Origin: Kiritimatiellia bacterium
GTDB taxonomy: Bacteria; Verrucomicrobiota; Kiritimatiellia; RFP12; UBA1067
Length of the DNA stretch: 64,000 bases
Direction: 5' to 3'
NCBI GenBank assembly: GCA_045545855.1
Contig: JAZQBR010000203.1
Span: 1,264-65,263, forward strand
Shown: positions 19,083 through 27,768 of the stretch, one piece after another
Position numbering within the stretch: position 1 is the first letter of the stretch
Layout of the letters: each line of letters opens with the position of its first letter
The notes under the pieces: generated by a model
What the model was told of the DNA's origin: nothing
Seen by the model: only the letters and a program-made list of their open reading frames with translations
The model's database searches: none
Made by a program: the position numbers and the translations under genes

Positions 19083-19850
19083 TTAGTGACGGTGCAATAC
19101 CCGCACTCTCGTAAACTCATATACCAATATCCATGCCGCGCGGGGAACACACCAGAGGTCGCGCTTTAGGACCCTCCATCCGCCCGTCAACATCCTCCAC
19201 AGCCAGCAGATGCCGTATTTGTGAACCCACTGCGGAACCGGCTTCTGCGTTCCGGCGTGAAAATCGAATGCCGCGCCAACGGGCAGAACAGCAGCCGCAT
19301 TGAACTCGCCCAAATGACGAGCGCACCACTTCTCCTGCTTCGGGCTGCCAAGCGCGACCCAGAGAAAATCGCACTCCATATTTTTCGGCACTTTAGGATC
19401 GGGCGAATACTCAGGAGCGAATGTCCCGACGATTTTCACACCGGTAAATCTCGCCTCCATGTTTGCCTTCAATTTCGCCAATGTCTCTTCATTCGTACCG
19501 CAAAATGCGTGCCGCCAACCACGGCCAATGCCGTATTTCATAGCCTTCTCGAAAAATACGGGACCGATGACGCGTCCCGGCAACTTGCCACCGCTTATCG
19601 CCGCCAACTTGACCATGACGATTCCATCCGACATGACGGCATCCGCCTTGCGATAGGCAGCAGCCAACTCCTCGTCCCGCCATCCATGCGCCAATCCATT
19701 CGCATCGCAGAAGCACACCAACCTACAATCCCCTTTTCGTGTATTTAGTGGTTCCATACTCCGCCACGAATCCATCTCCGCGAGCAGCGACTCATAGCCA
19801 ACTGCTGCCATGTCCCAATAGCGAGTTTTTACTTTCTCAATCATAAACAA
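19083..19850 (-). CDS. WecB/TagA/CpsF family glycosyltransferase (GT26; N-acetylmannosaminyl/glucosyl transferase-like)
   Basis: Signature LWVALGSPKQEKW and overall length 255 aa. Confidence 0.7.
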   Translation of the reverse strand: MFMIEKVKTRYWDMAAVGYESLLAEMDSWRSMEPLNTRKGDCRLVCFCDANGLAHGWRDEELAAAYRKADAVMSDGIVMVKLAAISGGKLPGRVIGPVFFEKAMKYGIGRGWRHAFCGTNEETLAKLKANMEARFTGVKIVGTFAPEYSPDPKVPKNMECDFLWVALGSPKQEKWCARHLGEFNAAAVLPVGAAFDFHAGTQKPVPQWVHKYGICWLWRMLTGGWRVLKRDLWCVPRAAWILVYEFTRVRVLHRH

Positions 19851-19946
19851 TGAATAGGGAATATAAGCCGATATCGATTGCGCATCAAATACGCAATCAA
19901 CACGAGCTTCAGCTCAATATATTACAGGAAACTTAGTGCTGTATCA

Positions 19947-20633
19947 TCATCTACGCCGCCAAGACTTAGTCTCAACAAACGGCGCTTTGATTATCTTTTC
20001 CACCAACGGATAAATACCGGCATAATGCGAAGCGTTCAGACATTCGGGGAATTGGCCATGCGTTGCAGCCCATGCCTTGGCTCGCCTAATTGCAACCTCT
20101 GTTTGCGTCATCTTCCCTACATCGAACTGTGCTCCGCTCTTGTGATCATACTTCGGCATCAACTTGTGCAACAGACCATGCAGTTCATGCCTATCGAGAG
20201 GGAAGTTGTCCATTTTAGAACCATCCTCTGTGCAGAGGACTCCCCAGATTTCTATACACGGCGACATGAACGCCACATGGATACGATAAAAAACATCACG
20301 CGATTCGCATCTAGCTATATCGCGGACCTTGCAATCATCATCGCATCTTTCCGGGCACTTCGTCAAAACCGACCTGACCTCCAACATCTCCTTAGCCTTC
20401 GCATCGTGGTCGAAAACAACCCATATTTCCGCATTGGGATTATGACGCAAGTCCTTGGCAACTTCGACAGCAAACCTCAAAGCTCGTTCCAACAGGACCA
20501 CGGGCGACGAGACGGATGGCTTCTGCACAATCCTAATGTCGCGATTCTTCGCCAAAGCCTGCAAGTAGCCCAGCTCCGTCTTGCCCTCATGAAAGAGGTA
20601 GATGACAGGCGAAACAGCATAATCATTCGCCAT
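19947..20633 (-). CDS. RloB-like protein (AbiLii-like partner of AAA_21 ATPase)
   Basis: N-terminal VIYLFHEGKTELGYLQAL resembles the RloB ilvcEGekTEpnYf motif. Overlaps the 3' end of the upstream ATPase gene. Internal ATG at 20633. Confidence 0.5.
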   Translation of the reverse strand: MANDYAVSPVIYLFHEGKTELGYLQALAKNRDIRIVQKPSVSSPVVLLERALRFAVEVAKDLRHNPNAEIWVVFDHDAKAKEMLEVRSVLTKCPERCDDDCKVRDIARCESRDVFYRIHVAFMSPCIEIWGVLCTEDGSKMDNFPLDRHELHGLLHKLMPKYDHKSGAQFDVGKMTQTEVAIRRAKAWAATHGQFPECLNASHYAGIYPLVEKIIKAPFVETKSWRRR

Positions 20634-21900
20634 ACACCATCTCCCCTCCCAAGCTAGGCAACGCGCCATACAACCCCTGCAGATAGCCCTTCTCTAGATT
20701 CTTGTCGTGCCTTGGCTGAAACTGGTAAAGCGAATAGAGGTCTGACGAACCATCAACACGCTTCTCGGCGAACCAAATCTCATCGGTCCGCCAAATGTCG
20801 TGCGTCATCAGGTTTGTATCATGCATGGTTATCACAAGTTGTGCGCCATCGGCCCTGCGTTCCATGAAAGACTTAAGGAGGTACTTCATCAATACAGGAT
20901 GAATATGACAATCAGCCTCGTCTATAAACCATGTTCCAGTGCCACGATGCAACTGATACAGCATCGGCGAGAGATGGATCAACCGCACAGTCCCGTCAGA
21001 TTCGGACTCCGCCCGCAACGGAACGCCATTGTGCTGCAGGCGAAATTCCTCACCACTAATTCCGTTGGCATCCTTTTTAATCAAATAAAATCCTCGGCTA
21101 ATGCCCAATACACGAGCACCATCCCCTTTGAAAGGATTCATATTGAATATAATCTCGGCTTCCTTGCTGGACAAAGGCTCCCACGAGAGATCCGTGACGC
21201 CCAAGTCCGCACGCTTCAACAGCTCAAGCAGAAACGTCTTGAAGTCTTCTTGTTTGATAAAGGTGTAGAACGCCGCTGGATTCGGACGCGACTCCGTGCC
21301 TAACACGAACATTTGACTAAGCCCGACATAAGCCGACAGGATTACATCGGCCATCGCGATATCCAATTTGTTTTCCCTCAAACCATCGGAAATCAACTTA
21401 GGCAGATATAGCAGATTATCCGCCAATGTCCGTTGCCTATACCACTCAGCCTTATCAAGTCGCTCATCAAGTCCAAGGCGAGTTCCATTCTCCCTGTCGA
21501 ACAGAATTGATTCCCGTTCGCCACTGACCTGCCAAAGGGTTTCCCTCTTGACCGCAAGTCCATCCGTAGCGACTGCATACCTGAACATCAAGCCTTCATT
21601 GGAAAAAACAATGTCGAATCTCATTTCCGGTCTAATAGATTCAGACAAAGCAAACTGCATCCCACGCACTACAGAGCAATCGCCACGAAAAACCATCTGC
21701 TGAAATAAATCGACAGCCTTAAGGAGATTGGACTTGCCAGATGCATTAGCACCATATATTGCAGCCCCTCGCAAGACTGAAATACCATTCACATCGCGAA
21801 TATGGTTCTCATGCCGCGAAGTCTTGCGACCAGCCTCCATTGAGAAAGAGACAGGCGCATCAAACGACAAGAAGTTCTCGATTGTGAGATTTATAAGCAT
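20623..21900 (-). CDS. AAA_21/ABC-type ATPase (AbiLi/RloA-like)
   Basis: Walker A GANASGKSN, Walker B/D-loop WFIDEADCHIHP, H-loop ITMHDTNLM. 425 aa. Confidence 0.7.
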   Translation of the reverse strand: MLINLTIENFLSFDAPVSFSMEAGRKTSRHENHIRDVNGISVLRGAAIYGANASGKSNLLKAVDLFQQMVFRGDCSVVRGMQFALSESIRPEMRFDIVFSNEGLMFRYAVATDGLAVKRETLWQVSGERESILFDRENGTRLGLDERLDKAEWYRQRTLADNLLYLPKLISDGLRENKLDIAMADVILSAYVGLSQMFVLGTESRPNPAAFYTFIKQEDFKTFLLELLKRADLGVTDLSWEPLSSKEAEIIFNMNPFKGDGARVLGISRGFYLIKKDANGISGEEFRLQHNGVPLRAESESDGTVRLIHLSPMLYQLHRGTGTWFIDEADCHIHPVLMKYLLKSFMERRADGAQLVITMHDTNLMTHDIWRTDEIWFAEKRVDGSSDLYSLYQFQPRHDKNLEKGYLQGLYGALPSLGGEMVYGE

Positions 21901-22028
21901 CTTCTACCTCCAACGGCGTGTATTATACCATATCTCACTCACCCAACGCAATAGAACTTGTGAAAAAATCTCATAATCATATCTACCCGCAGAAAACTCG
22001 CCAATAGCAAAATACCAATAACTACCCC

Positions 22029-22844
22029 TCACCTAAACCACTTATAGCCGTAATAGCCGATGTACTCGTGGATGAACGAGTTATTGCGGGCGAAGGCGTC
22101 GAAGCTCGGCAACAGACCACGCCATTTGAAAGGTTCATCCTTCCACGGCAATGCCTGATAATCCGTCGCGGCCGGGATGCACTCTATCTCAGGCGCATAC
22201 TTTTTGAACATGTACAAGCTTCGTTTCATGTGACATGCGCTCGTCACCAACAATATACTTGGCTTCTTTGCGACCTCTGCTCCTTTGAGCCTCTGCGTTA
22301 CAATTTCTCCAACAAATTTTGCGTTCTCCTCGGTGTTCACCGCCTTGTCCTCCAACACAACAGCCTCACGCGGAACACCCAAATCCACAAGCAATTTCAC
22401 ATCCCCGAACTCGGCACCGACATTGCTTGAAATGACGATAGGCGCTTTCCCAGCCTTCCAGAGCCTTGCCGCATGCCATGGCCGGTCCGCCGCCTCATTC
22501 ATGCAGGCGTAGGGATAGCATTCGTCACCCCAAACGCCTCCGCCCATCAAAACAATCGCATCAGCTTTCGTCATATCCTCCGCCAACTGTACAGGGTAAT
22601 CCTCTTCAAGCGGCAACGCCAGCCAACCGCCGACAATCGGCATCGACCAAAACCAGAACCATGACAAGGCCGTTCCCAAAGTCCACATCACTGCTTTACG
22701 CTTTTTGAGCAGGGCAAACGTCTGCCCCAAGGCAACAGCCACAATGCCTACAAACAGCGGATTGGCGACAAAACCGACAATCTTATTTATCGTGTTCACA
22801 ATTTCATGCAACCATGTAGAACATGTAGAACGTATAGAAACCAA
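22029..22844 (-). CDS. YdcF/ElyC-like DUF218 family protein (start uncertain)
   Basis: ILLVTSACHMKRSLYMF and VLMGGGVW motifs of DUF218 with an N-terminal TM segment. The listed N-terminal residues STCSTWLHE are encoded by a CATGTAGAA repeat arm, so the true start is probably downstream. Confidence 0.55.
   Translation of the reverse strand: MVSIRSTCSTWLHEIVNTINKIVGFVANPLFVGIVAVALGQTFALLKKRKAVMWTLGTALSWFWFWSMPIVGGWLALPLEEDYPVQLAEDMTKADAIVLMGGGVWGDECYPYACMNEAADRPWHAARLWKAGKAPIVISSNVGAEFGDVKLLVDLGVPREAVVLEDKAVNTEENAKFVGEIVTQRLKGAEVAKKPSILLVTSACHMKRSLYMFKKYAPEIECIPAATDYQALPWKDEPFKWRGLLPSFDAFARNNSFIHEYIGYYGYKWFR
22812..22840. repeat. Solo arm of TGTAGAA-unit element (ccatgtagaacatgtagaacgtatagaa)
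   Basis: Three tandem (C/A)TGTAGAAC units with no inverted partner nearby, between the GT4 stop and the ydcF-like gene. Confidence 0.5.
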
Positions 22845-22864
22845 TCACCAACCACCAAAGACTA

Positions 22865-24130
22865 TCAACTGACCACTTCCCCGTAAATCTCCATTAGTCG
22901 CTTGTAGTTCGCTTCTTCTGAATATTTAGTTTCAGCCTCGTGCTTTGCCGCTGCACATACTTCGTCATAATCTGAACGCGACAGAAACCGCTTTATCGCC
23001 GCCGCACATGCCTCTGCATTGCCAGCCTCAAACACTTCACCGAAACGGTTTTCCTGCACGATCTCTGGCAAGGCACCAAGATTGCTCGTCACAACAGGCG
23101 TTCCCTCTAGCATTGATTCCACGACCGTCAATCCAAATGTCTCCCACCATTCACTTGGAAGGACAGTAGCCTTGGATTTAGCCATAAGACGGAGTACTTC
23201 AGCGGCTGATTTCAGGCCGACAAACTCAACATCCCCCCCGTCGGCAAGTTTCTCAAGCTCCTGCCGATCAACACCATCGCCGACTATTATCAGCTTGAGG
23301 TTATTTAACCATGTAGAACATGTAGGAGCATGTAGATGTTCTTTATGACAAATAATCTTGAAAGCCTTTATAAGAGTTTCGACACCTTTCTCTTTCGATA
23401 GCCGCCCAACATAAACTATCTGATCTTTCTTAAGGATGGGGGATGAGGGATGTGGGATGGGGGATGGGGGTGTTATTCTCATCCCTCCTATCTCATCTCG
23501 CATCCCTATCACAAAATTGCCCTTCACAGCAATTTTGTGTTCTGGCCAGCCATATTCAACCATCTTCCGCTTCTGGAACTCGCTCAGTACAATAAACCTT
23601 GAAACCCACTTTGGCAACCGCCTTCGATAAAGCGCAATGTTGATTGCAAGCGGCAATGTTGCCGCCAGACTTCCGCGATAGCAACGATACTTGATTCCAT
23701 CACATACACATCTCTTATCCAAACACAGCGAGCACACTTTCCCGTCCCTCGTCGGCACGCCTGCCGCACAAGCCATTCGATAGTTGTGTAGAGTCATCAC
23801 GACCTGCGCATACTTGCTCGCCGCACGAACCGCCAACGGGCTGATAAGCGGGAAGGTGTTATGGAAGTGAACGACATCCGGCTTGAATTCTCTACATTTC
23901 TTCGCAACCGCCCGCGCCGCGAACGGATTGCCGACCGTACACAGCGCCCCTTTGATTTTACCCAAGATCCTTTTAATTGCATTGCCGCACCGTATTTCAT
24001 CACTATGCCGGGCATATACAGCGACCTCATGTCCATGCTTCTCCAGCATGGCCTTCTCTGCCTCGAAGACCTTGTTCTCGCCTGACGGCGCCGATGAGCC
24101 ATAGTAGTTATGGACAAGGAGAATCCTCAT
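22865..24130 (-). CDS. Glycosyltransferase, GT4 family, carrying two in-frame repeat-element insertions
   Basis: MRILLVHNYYGSSAPSGENKVFE... N-domain and ...ETFGLTVVESMLEGTPVVTSNLGALPEIV C-domain. The segments HLHAPTCSTWLNN and ITPPSPIPHPSSPIL are encoded by repeat elements at 23301..23337 and 23435..23510. Confidence 0.7.
   Translation of the reverse strand: MRILLVHNYYGSSAPSGENKVFEAEKAMLEKHGHEVAVYARHSDEIRCGNAIKRILGKIKGALCTVGNPFAARAVAKKCREFKPDVVHFHNTFPLISPLAVRAASKYAQVVMTLHNYRMACAAGVPTRDGKVCSLCLDKRCVCDGIKYRCYRGSLAATLPLAINIALYRRRLPKWVSRFIVLSEFQKRKMVEYGWPEHKIAVKGNFVIGMRDEIGGMRITPPSPIPHPSSPILKKDQIVYVGRLSKEKGVETLIKAFKIICHKEHLHAPTCSTWLNNLKLIIVGDGVDRQELEKLADGGDVEFVGLKSAAEVLRLMAKSKATVLPSEWWETFGLTVVESMLEGTPVVTSNLGALPEIVQENRFGEVFEAGNAEACAAAIKRFLSRSDYDEVCAAAKHEAETKYSEEANYKRLMEIYGEVVS
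23301..23337. repeat. TGTAGAA-unit element arm inside GT4 CDS (tatttaaccatgtagaacatgtaggagcatgtagatg)
   Basis: Shares the TTTAACCATGTAGAAC terminus with the elements at 28984 and 34190 and is read in-frame. Confidence 0.55.
23435..23510. repeat. G-rich palindromic element (GGGATGAGGGATGTGGGATGGGGGATGGGGG ... CTCATCCCTCC...CATCCCTATC) inside GT4 CDS
   Basis: Tandem GGGATG units on the left and complementary CATCCC units on the right. Read in-frame (PPSPIPHPSSPI). Confidence 0.5.
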
Positions 24131-24600
24131 GTTTAATTAGCCGTGTAGAACGTGTAGATCGTGTAGAATTATGCGGTGATGGTACGACGCTCGAATTTAT
24201 AGGAACCAAAATTTACAAGAAGTCCAACAGGATGCCGCGTGATCTTCAAGTAGTTTATAATCTGGGCAAAGTGTTCAGGAGCAAACGTTTTAACGGCCTT
24301 AAGCTCAACTATCAAGCTATCATTTACAAACATGTCTACAAAATACTCCCCGACACAATATCCGTCCCTGTCGAACACTTTAAGCGGTTTTTGTCGTTCG
24401 ACTTTATAGCCCGCAATTACAAGCCTATGCTCCAAGGCCGCCTCATAAACCTTTTCCAGCAATCCCGTGCCAAAGTATTCATGCACCCCATACGCAATCT
24501 GACCTACATCAGCTGCCAGTTTCCTTAATTCATCAGCGCAACCATCCATACTTCCCACCTTCTGCACGTTTCTACACGTTCTACACGGTTAGAACCCTTC
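24131..24600. mobile_element. ~470-bp cassette bounded by inverted arrays of CGTGTAGAA units, carrying a GxxExxY gene
   Basis: Left terminus ttaattagCCGTGTAGAACGTGTAGATCGTGTAGAA (24133..24168). Right terminus cacgTTTCTACACGTTCTACACGGttagaacc (24561..24600) is its inverted complement. The left end abuts the GT4 start codon and the right end overlaps the 3' end of the kinase-like gene. Confidence 0.55.
24169..24549 (-). CDS. GxxExxY family protein (PD-(D/E)XK-like small protein)
   Basis: MDGCADELRKLAADVGQIAYGVHEYFGTGLLEKVYEAALEHRL... contains the GLLEKVY = GxxExxY motif. About 126 aa from ATG at 24549 (the ORF track begins at an upstream GTG). Confidence 0.65.
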   Translation of the reverse strand: MDGCADELRKLAADVGQIAYGVHEYFGTGLLEKVYEAALEHRLVIAGYKVERQKPLKVFDRDGYCVGEYFVDMFVNDSLIVELKAVKTFAPEHFAQIINYLKITRHPVGLLVNFGSYKFERRTITA

Positions 24601-25465
24601 CCCTCCTTCTACACGGATATGCATCAATTCCCAACAGCCCTTTGACCTGCTTCTTAAACCAGGATTCATCCTTGCCCTCGACCCACTGCCCTGCGTCTTC
24701 CCAATCCCAGACATACAATTTGCCATCCACGATAGAACAGTTCCACGGAGCAAAGTCGCCGTGCGACAAACCCGCCCTTCTCAATTCGTCCAGAAATACA
24801 TAATGCTCCTTCTGCATCCGAACAGGGCTTTTGCCTTTCGGCAATACCGACTGCGCACTCCATGTCCATGCCCCATCATGCCCGACATCGCCTATGGCAA
24901 CAGGTACTTGCGCACACAAAGGCGTCATCATCAGCCTTTTCAGCACGTCCACCTCTTCCCTGATCGCCTCTGCCGCCTTATCTGTCCTTCCCAACTTCAA
25001 TATGATTTCATTTGTGTTTAACACAGAGTCACAGAGACGCAGAGGATTGGGAGAGTCAGAAGAAATCTCTGTGCCTCTGTGCCTCTGTGTTAAAACCTTC
25101 ACCAGCACCGTCAACTTGGACTTCGCCGAATCGTTTCCCATATAAAGCGTTATCCACTCTATCTTCTTTGCGAACTTTGCGTTCTTTGCGGCTAAATCAT
25201 CTATCGCTTTCCCTATTACCTCGTGTCCATCCAGTTCATCAAACCGCTTGATTGGCCCATGAACCATCTTCTCGATGGGCAGCCATGCGAACCATCCCAG
25301 AACCTTTACAGCCCACTTCAGCACCTTGCGCCCTGGCGTGTGCATCGCCAGCCCTGCCCGCTTGCTTGCGGCAGATGAAAGGTCAATCCACACGCGCGGT
25401 TTCGGAGACGGAAGGCCAAGGAATCTGTGCATAGATATTTTCATGTGCACCTCATGATACAACAT
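24581..25465 (-). CDS. Phosphotransferase-family kinase-like protein (APH/choline-kinase fold)
   Basis: Brenner motif LSHGDFAPWN and DWE motif VWDWEDAG. An in-frame palindromic element lies at 25019..25092. The C-terminus overlaps the cassette TIR. Confidence 0.5.
   Translation of the reverse strand: MLYHEVHMKISMHRFLGLPSPKPRVWIDLSSAASKRAGLAMHTPGRKVLKWAVKVLGWFAWLPIEKMVHGPIKRFDELDGHEVIGKAIDDLAAKNAKFAKKIEWITLYMGNDSAKSKLTVLVKVLTQRHRGTEISSDSPNPLRLCDSVLNTNEIILKLGRTDKAAEAIREEVDVLKRLMMTPLCAQVPVAIGDVGHDGAWTWSAQSVLPKGKSPVRMQKEHYVFLDELRRAGLSHGDFAPWNCSIVDGKLYVWDWEDAGQWVEGKDESWFKKQVKGLLGIDAYPCRRRGRVLTV
25019..25092. repeat. Palindromic element built from CACAGAG units (cacagagtcacagagacgcagagg ... cctctgtgcctctgtg) inside CDS
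   Basis: Tandem 7-mers on the left, their complement on the right, and a ~25-bp loop. Translated in-frame within the kinase-like protein. Confidence 0.5.
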
Positions 25466-26390
25466 GCTTTAATCCCATTTTGAACAACCCACAAGAATTC
25501 CGTCTACCAATATCCAAAACGAGGCAAATCAAGTATGTAATCACCGATGTCGCACAGAACGCCGCCAAAATCCCCCAACCTTGTTTTTCGACAAGGCACA
25601 ACTCCAATCGCGACATCAAGGATAGGCCTCCAGAAGTGATGTGAAGAAGATACACCGCAAATGCTGATGGCGCAAGAAATAACACTATTCGTTCCATTGT
25701 CGATGGCATCTTCAACCGCCTAAAGAACTCAAAGGCGAAACAGGAAACGACAAACGCCGGGATCCACCAGTACCACCAGAATCCGGCCAGCATCGCTATC
25801 ACACATATCGGCAGCATCCAGATGGCGTTGCGCATCGTGCAGAAACGTCCCAAGTCCAATGACTTGTATAGCCGCACTGCTATATAAATACCGACAAGTG
25901 AAAGGAATGTGCATCCATCGAGTCCGCGCGGCGACGGAATCCAATCCCTGACATAAGGTATTGCACACATAACACCCCACGCATAAACAGCGAACAATAC
26001 AGGGGCTGACAAGATAAAAATCGTGCGCCCAACTTTACCGGCAAATGCGGCATCAATAAGTGGAGCAAGCATCATAAGCAACAGATAAGCCCACAGGAAC
26101 CAATAGCCGCAAATGCCTTTAATGGCATATAATGCCCCCGCCCCCCCTGCAATGTTTGACACAATAGCACACCAGATGCAGAGCGCGACCATATTCAGAC
26201 ACTTACGCACGTTGAACTTCACACCGAAATATCCAGATATAAACACAAACCCACATACGCACCAGTCAAGAATTGTCCAATGCGAACCGTCTTGTGGATA
26301 TGCACACTGCACTGCAGCATGCATGGCGACAATGCCAAACATCATCAAGAGCCGCATAAGCTCAAGCCCTGCGTTACGTTTCCCGTTCAT
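25452..26390 (-). CDS. Acyltransferase family 3 membrane protein (O-acyltransferase)
   Basis: N-terminal LELMRLLMMFGIVAMHA and a C-terminal SAFAVYLLH-type block, with about 10 TM helices. Confidence 0.7.
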   Translation of the reverse strand: MNGKRNAGLELMRLLMMFGIVAMHAAVQCAYPQDGSHWTILDWCVCGFVFISGYFGVKFNVRKCLNMVALCIWCAIVSNIAGGAGALYAIKGICGYWFLWAYLLLMMLAPLIDAAFAGKVGRTIFILSAPVLFAVYAWGVMCAIPYVRDWIPSPRGLDGCTFLSLVGIYIAVRLYKSLDLGRFCTMRNAIWMLPICVIAMLAGFWWYWWIPAFVVSCFAFEFFRRLKMPSTMERIVLFLAPSAFAVYLLHITSGGLSLMSRLELCLVEKQGWGILAAFCATSVITYLICLVLDIGRRNSCGLFKMGLKHVVS

Positions 26391-26417
26391 TTACGACCTC
26401 CGCATATATCTCATTAA

Positions 26418-26666
26418 TTAAAGCGCCGCAGTTCGCCCATGTGTATTGCGCTTTGATGCGTGCTTGCCCAGTTCCGCCTTGTGTTTTGAGTATCTCGAAA
26501 TCACGAAAATAACGCCCAAGCACCGCAACGAGGCCGTCAACAGAATCCGAATTGCCGCATCAACATTCACAGGCACGGTCATTCCGCAAAACGCAAGCCC
26601 AAATCCCGTCGCATCGCCATGCATCCACAGAATCATCGACTGGCAATGGATACCGACAACCATCAA
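26418..26666 (-). other. Possible N-terminal fragment of an acyltransferase-3 paralogue (remnant)
   Basis: MMVVGIHCQSMILW... resembles the N-terminus of the acyltransferase at 32861..33907 (LLVVAIHCQSMAPW). Only 82 aa between two acyltransferase genes. Confidence 0.2.
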
Positions 26667-26725
26667 TGCGCATGCAAAGGCCGCCGCACCAAGACGCTTG
26701 CTTGTTTCTACGTCGCCTTCATTTG

Positions 26726-27692
26726 CTAAATCAGTCTGAACATCGTCTTATAGTCGTATGCACAATCACAGAATGTCTGACTTAAGAATCTCGCTGCACA
26801 GCGCGCCAGCCACGAAACGGCAAGAGATGCAATAAAACCGCAAATATAGCACAATGGGAAATACGAGGTAAACATGAATGTCTTTGCGAGCCAGCCGACG
26901 AGATACATCTCCAGTGAAAGTCCTCCTACGAACATCACAAGAAAATTGACGACTGGATGTCTCATTGCACGAATGCAGAAATCCGACATGCAAAGCCTAT
27001 ATAGGCCCCAAACGCCAACCAAAAGCGGCACGCCCATTAGAATCTGCAATCTGGCAATTAGCTGGACTCGACCTGCCAGATAATATATTGCATAAAATAG
27101 CACAATCCCCCCCCCCCCCGAATAAAAGCGGCAAAGAGATTGTTCTTTCGACCTCGTCTTTTCTCTGTGCCATATATGCGCCCTCTATGAAAAACACAAA
27201 GAACAGCAAGTATTTCAAACTGTTATCGCCAAAGAGCCATGCACCACAGTCAACATCCTGACATCCCCATCCGAATGCATATGCTATTAATGTCATCCCC
27301 AAAGAAATCCAAACCAGCAACCCAAGCCGATTTGACATCAATCTAACTATAAAATAATAAACACCATAATAAACAAGCAAACACGTCACAAACCAACCAC
27401 TCCCGGCAAGCGCAAACGCAACCGAACAGCCAAGGCCCAGAAAACCCTTAACGAACGCCGCAACCAAGCAGGTTGGCCACAGTCTAGCCAGCCTACGCTT
27501 CATCCATAGATCAAAGCGGACCATCCTCCCTAATTGGCAGAGATAACCAGAAACGAAATAGAACAGTGCGCATCCAATACCACCGCCCGTGGCCAGGAAA
27601 GAGTATTTTCCATAGTAAGGCCCAGCCAAGTGATTGAATATCATCATGGTGGCAATGAACTTAAGGATATCTATACCTACTATTCTATTCAT
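26726..27692 (-). pseudogene. Acyltransferase family 3 gene split by a frameshift at a poly(C)13 tract (candidate phase-variable gene)
   Basis: The N-terminal part (ORF 26997..27692: MNRIVGIDILKFIATMMIFNHL...LFGGGGD) and the C-terminal part (ORF 26726..27103: LFYAIYYLAGRV...) overlap in different frames across C13 at 27107..27119. A 12-C or 15-C tract fuses them into a ~315-aa protein matching the 312-aa paralogue. Confidence 0.6.
27107..27119. repeat. Homopolymeric C13 (G13 on coding strand) tract
   Basis: cacaatCCCCCCCCCCCCCgaataaaag, read directly. Confidence 0.8.
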
Positions 27693-27768
27693 AGTCGTTT
27701 CAATTCGTTTAGTACCTTTAGCAAAATCGGCAAAACCTTTCTTTGCTCAAACACTCCGCTCCATGCGA

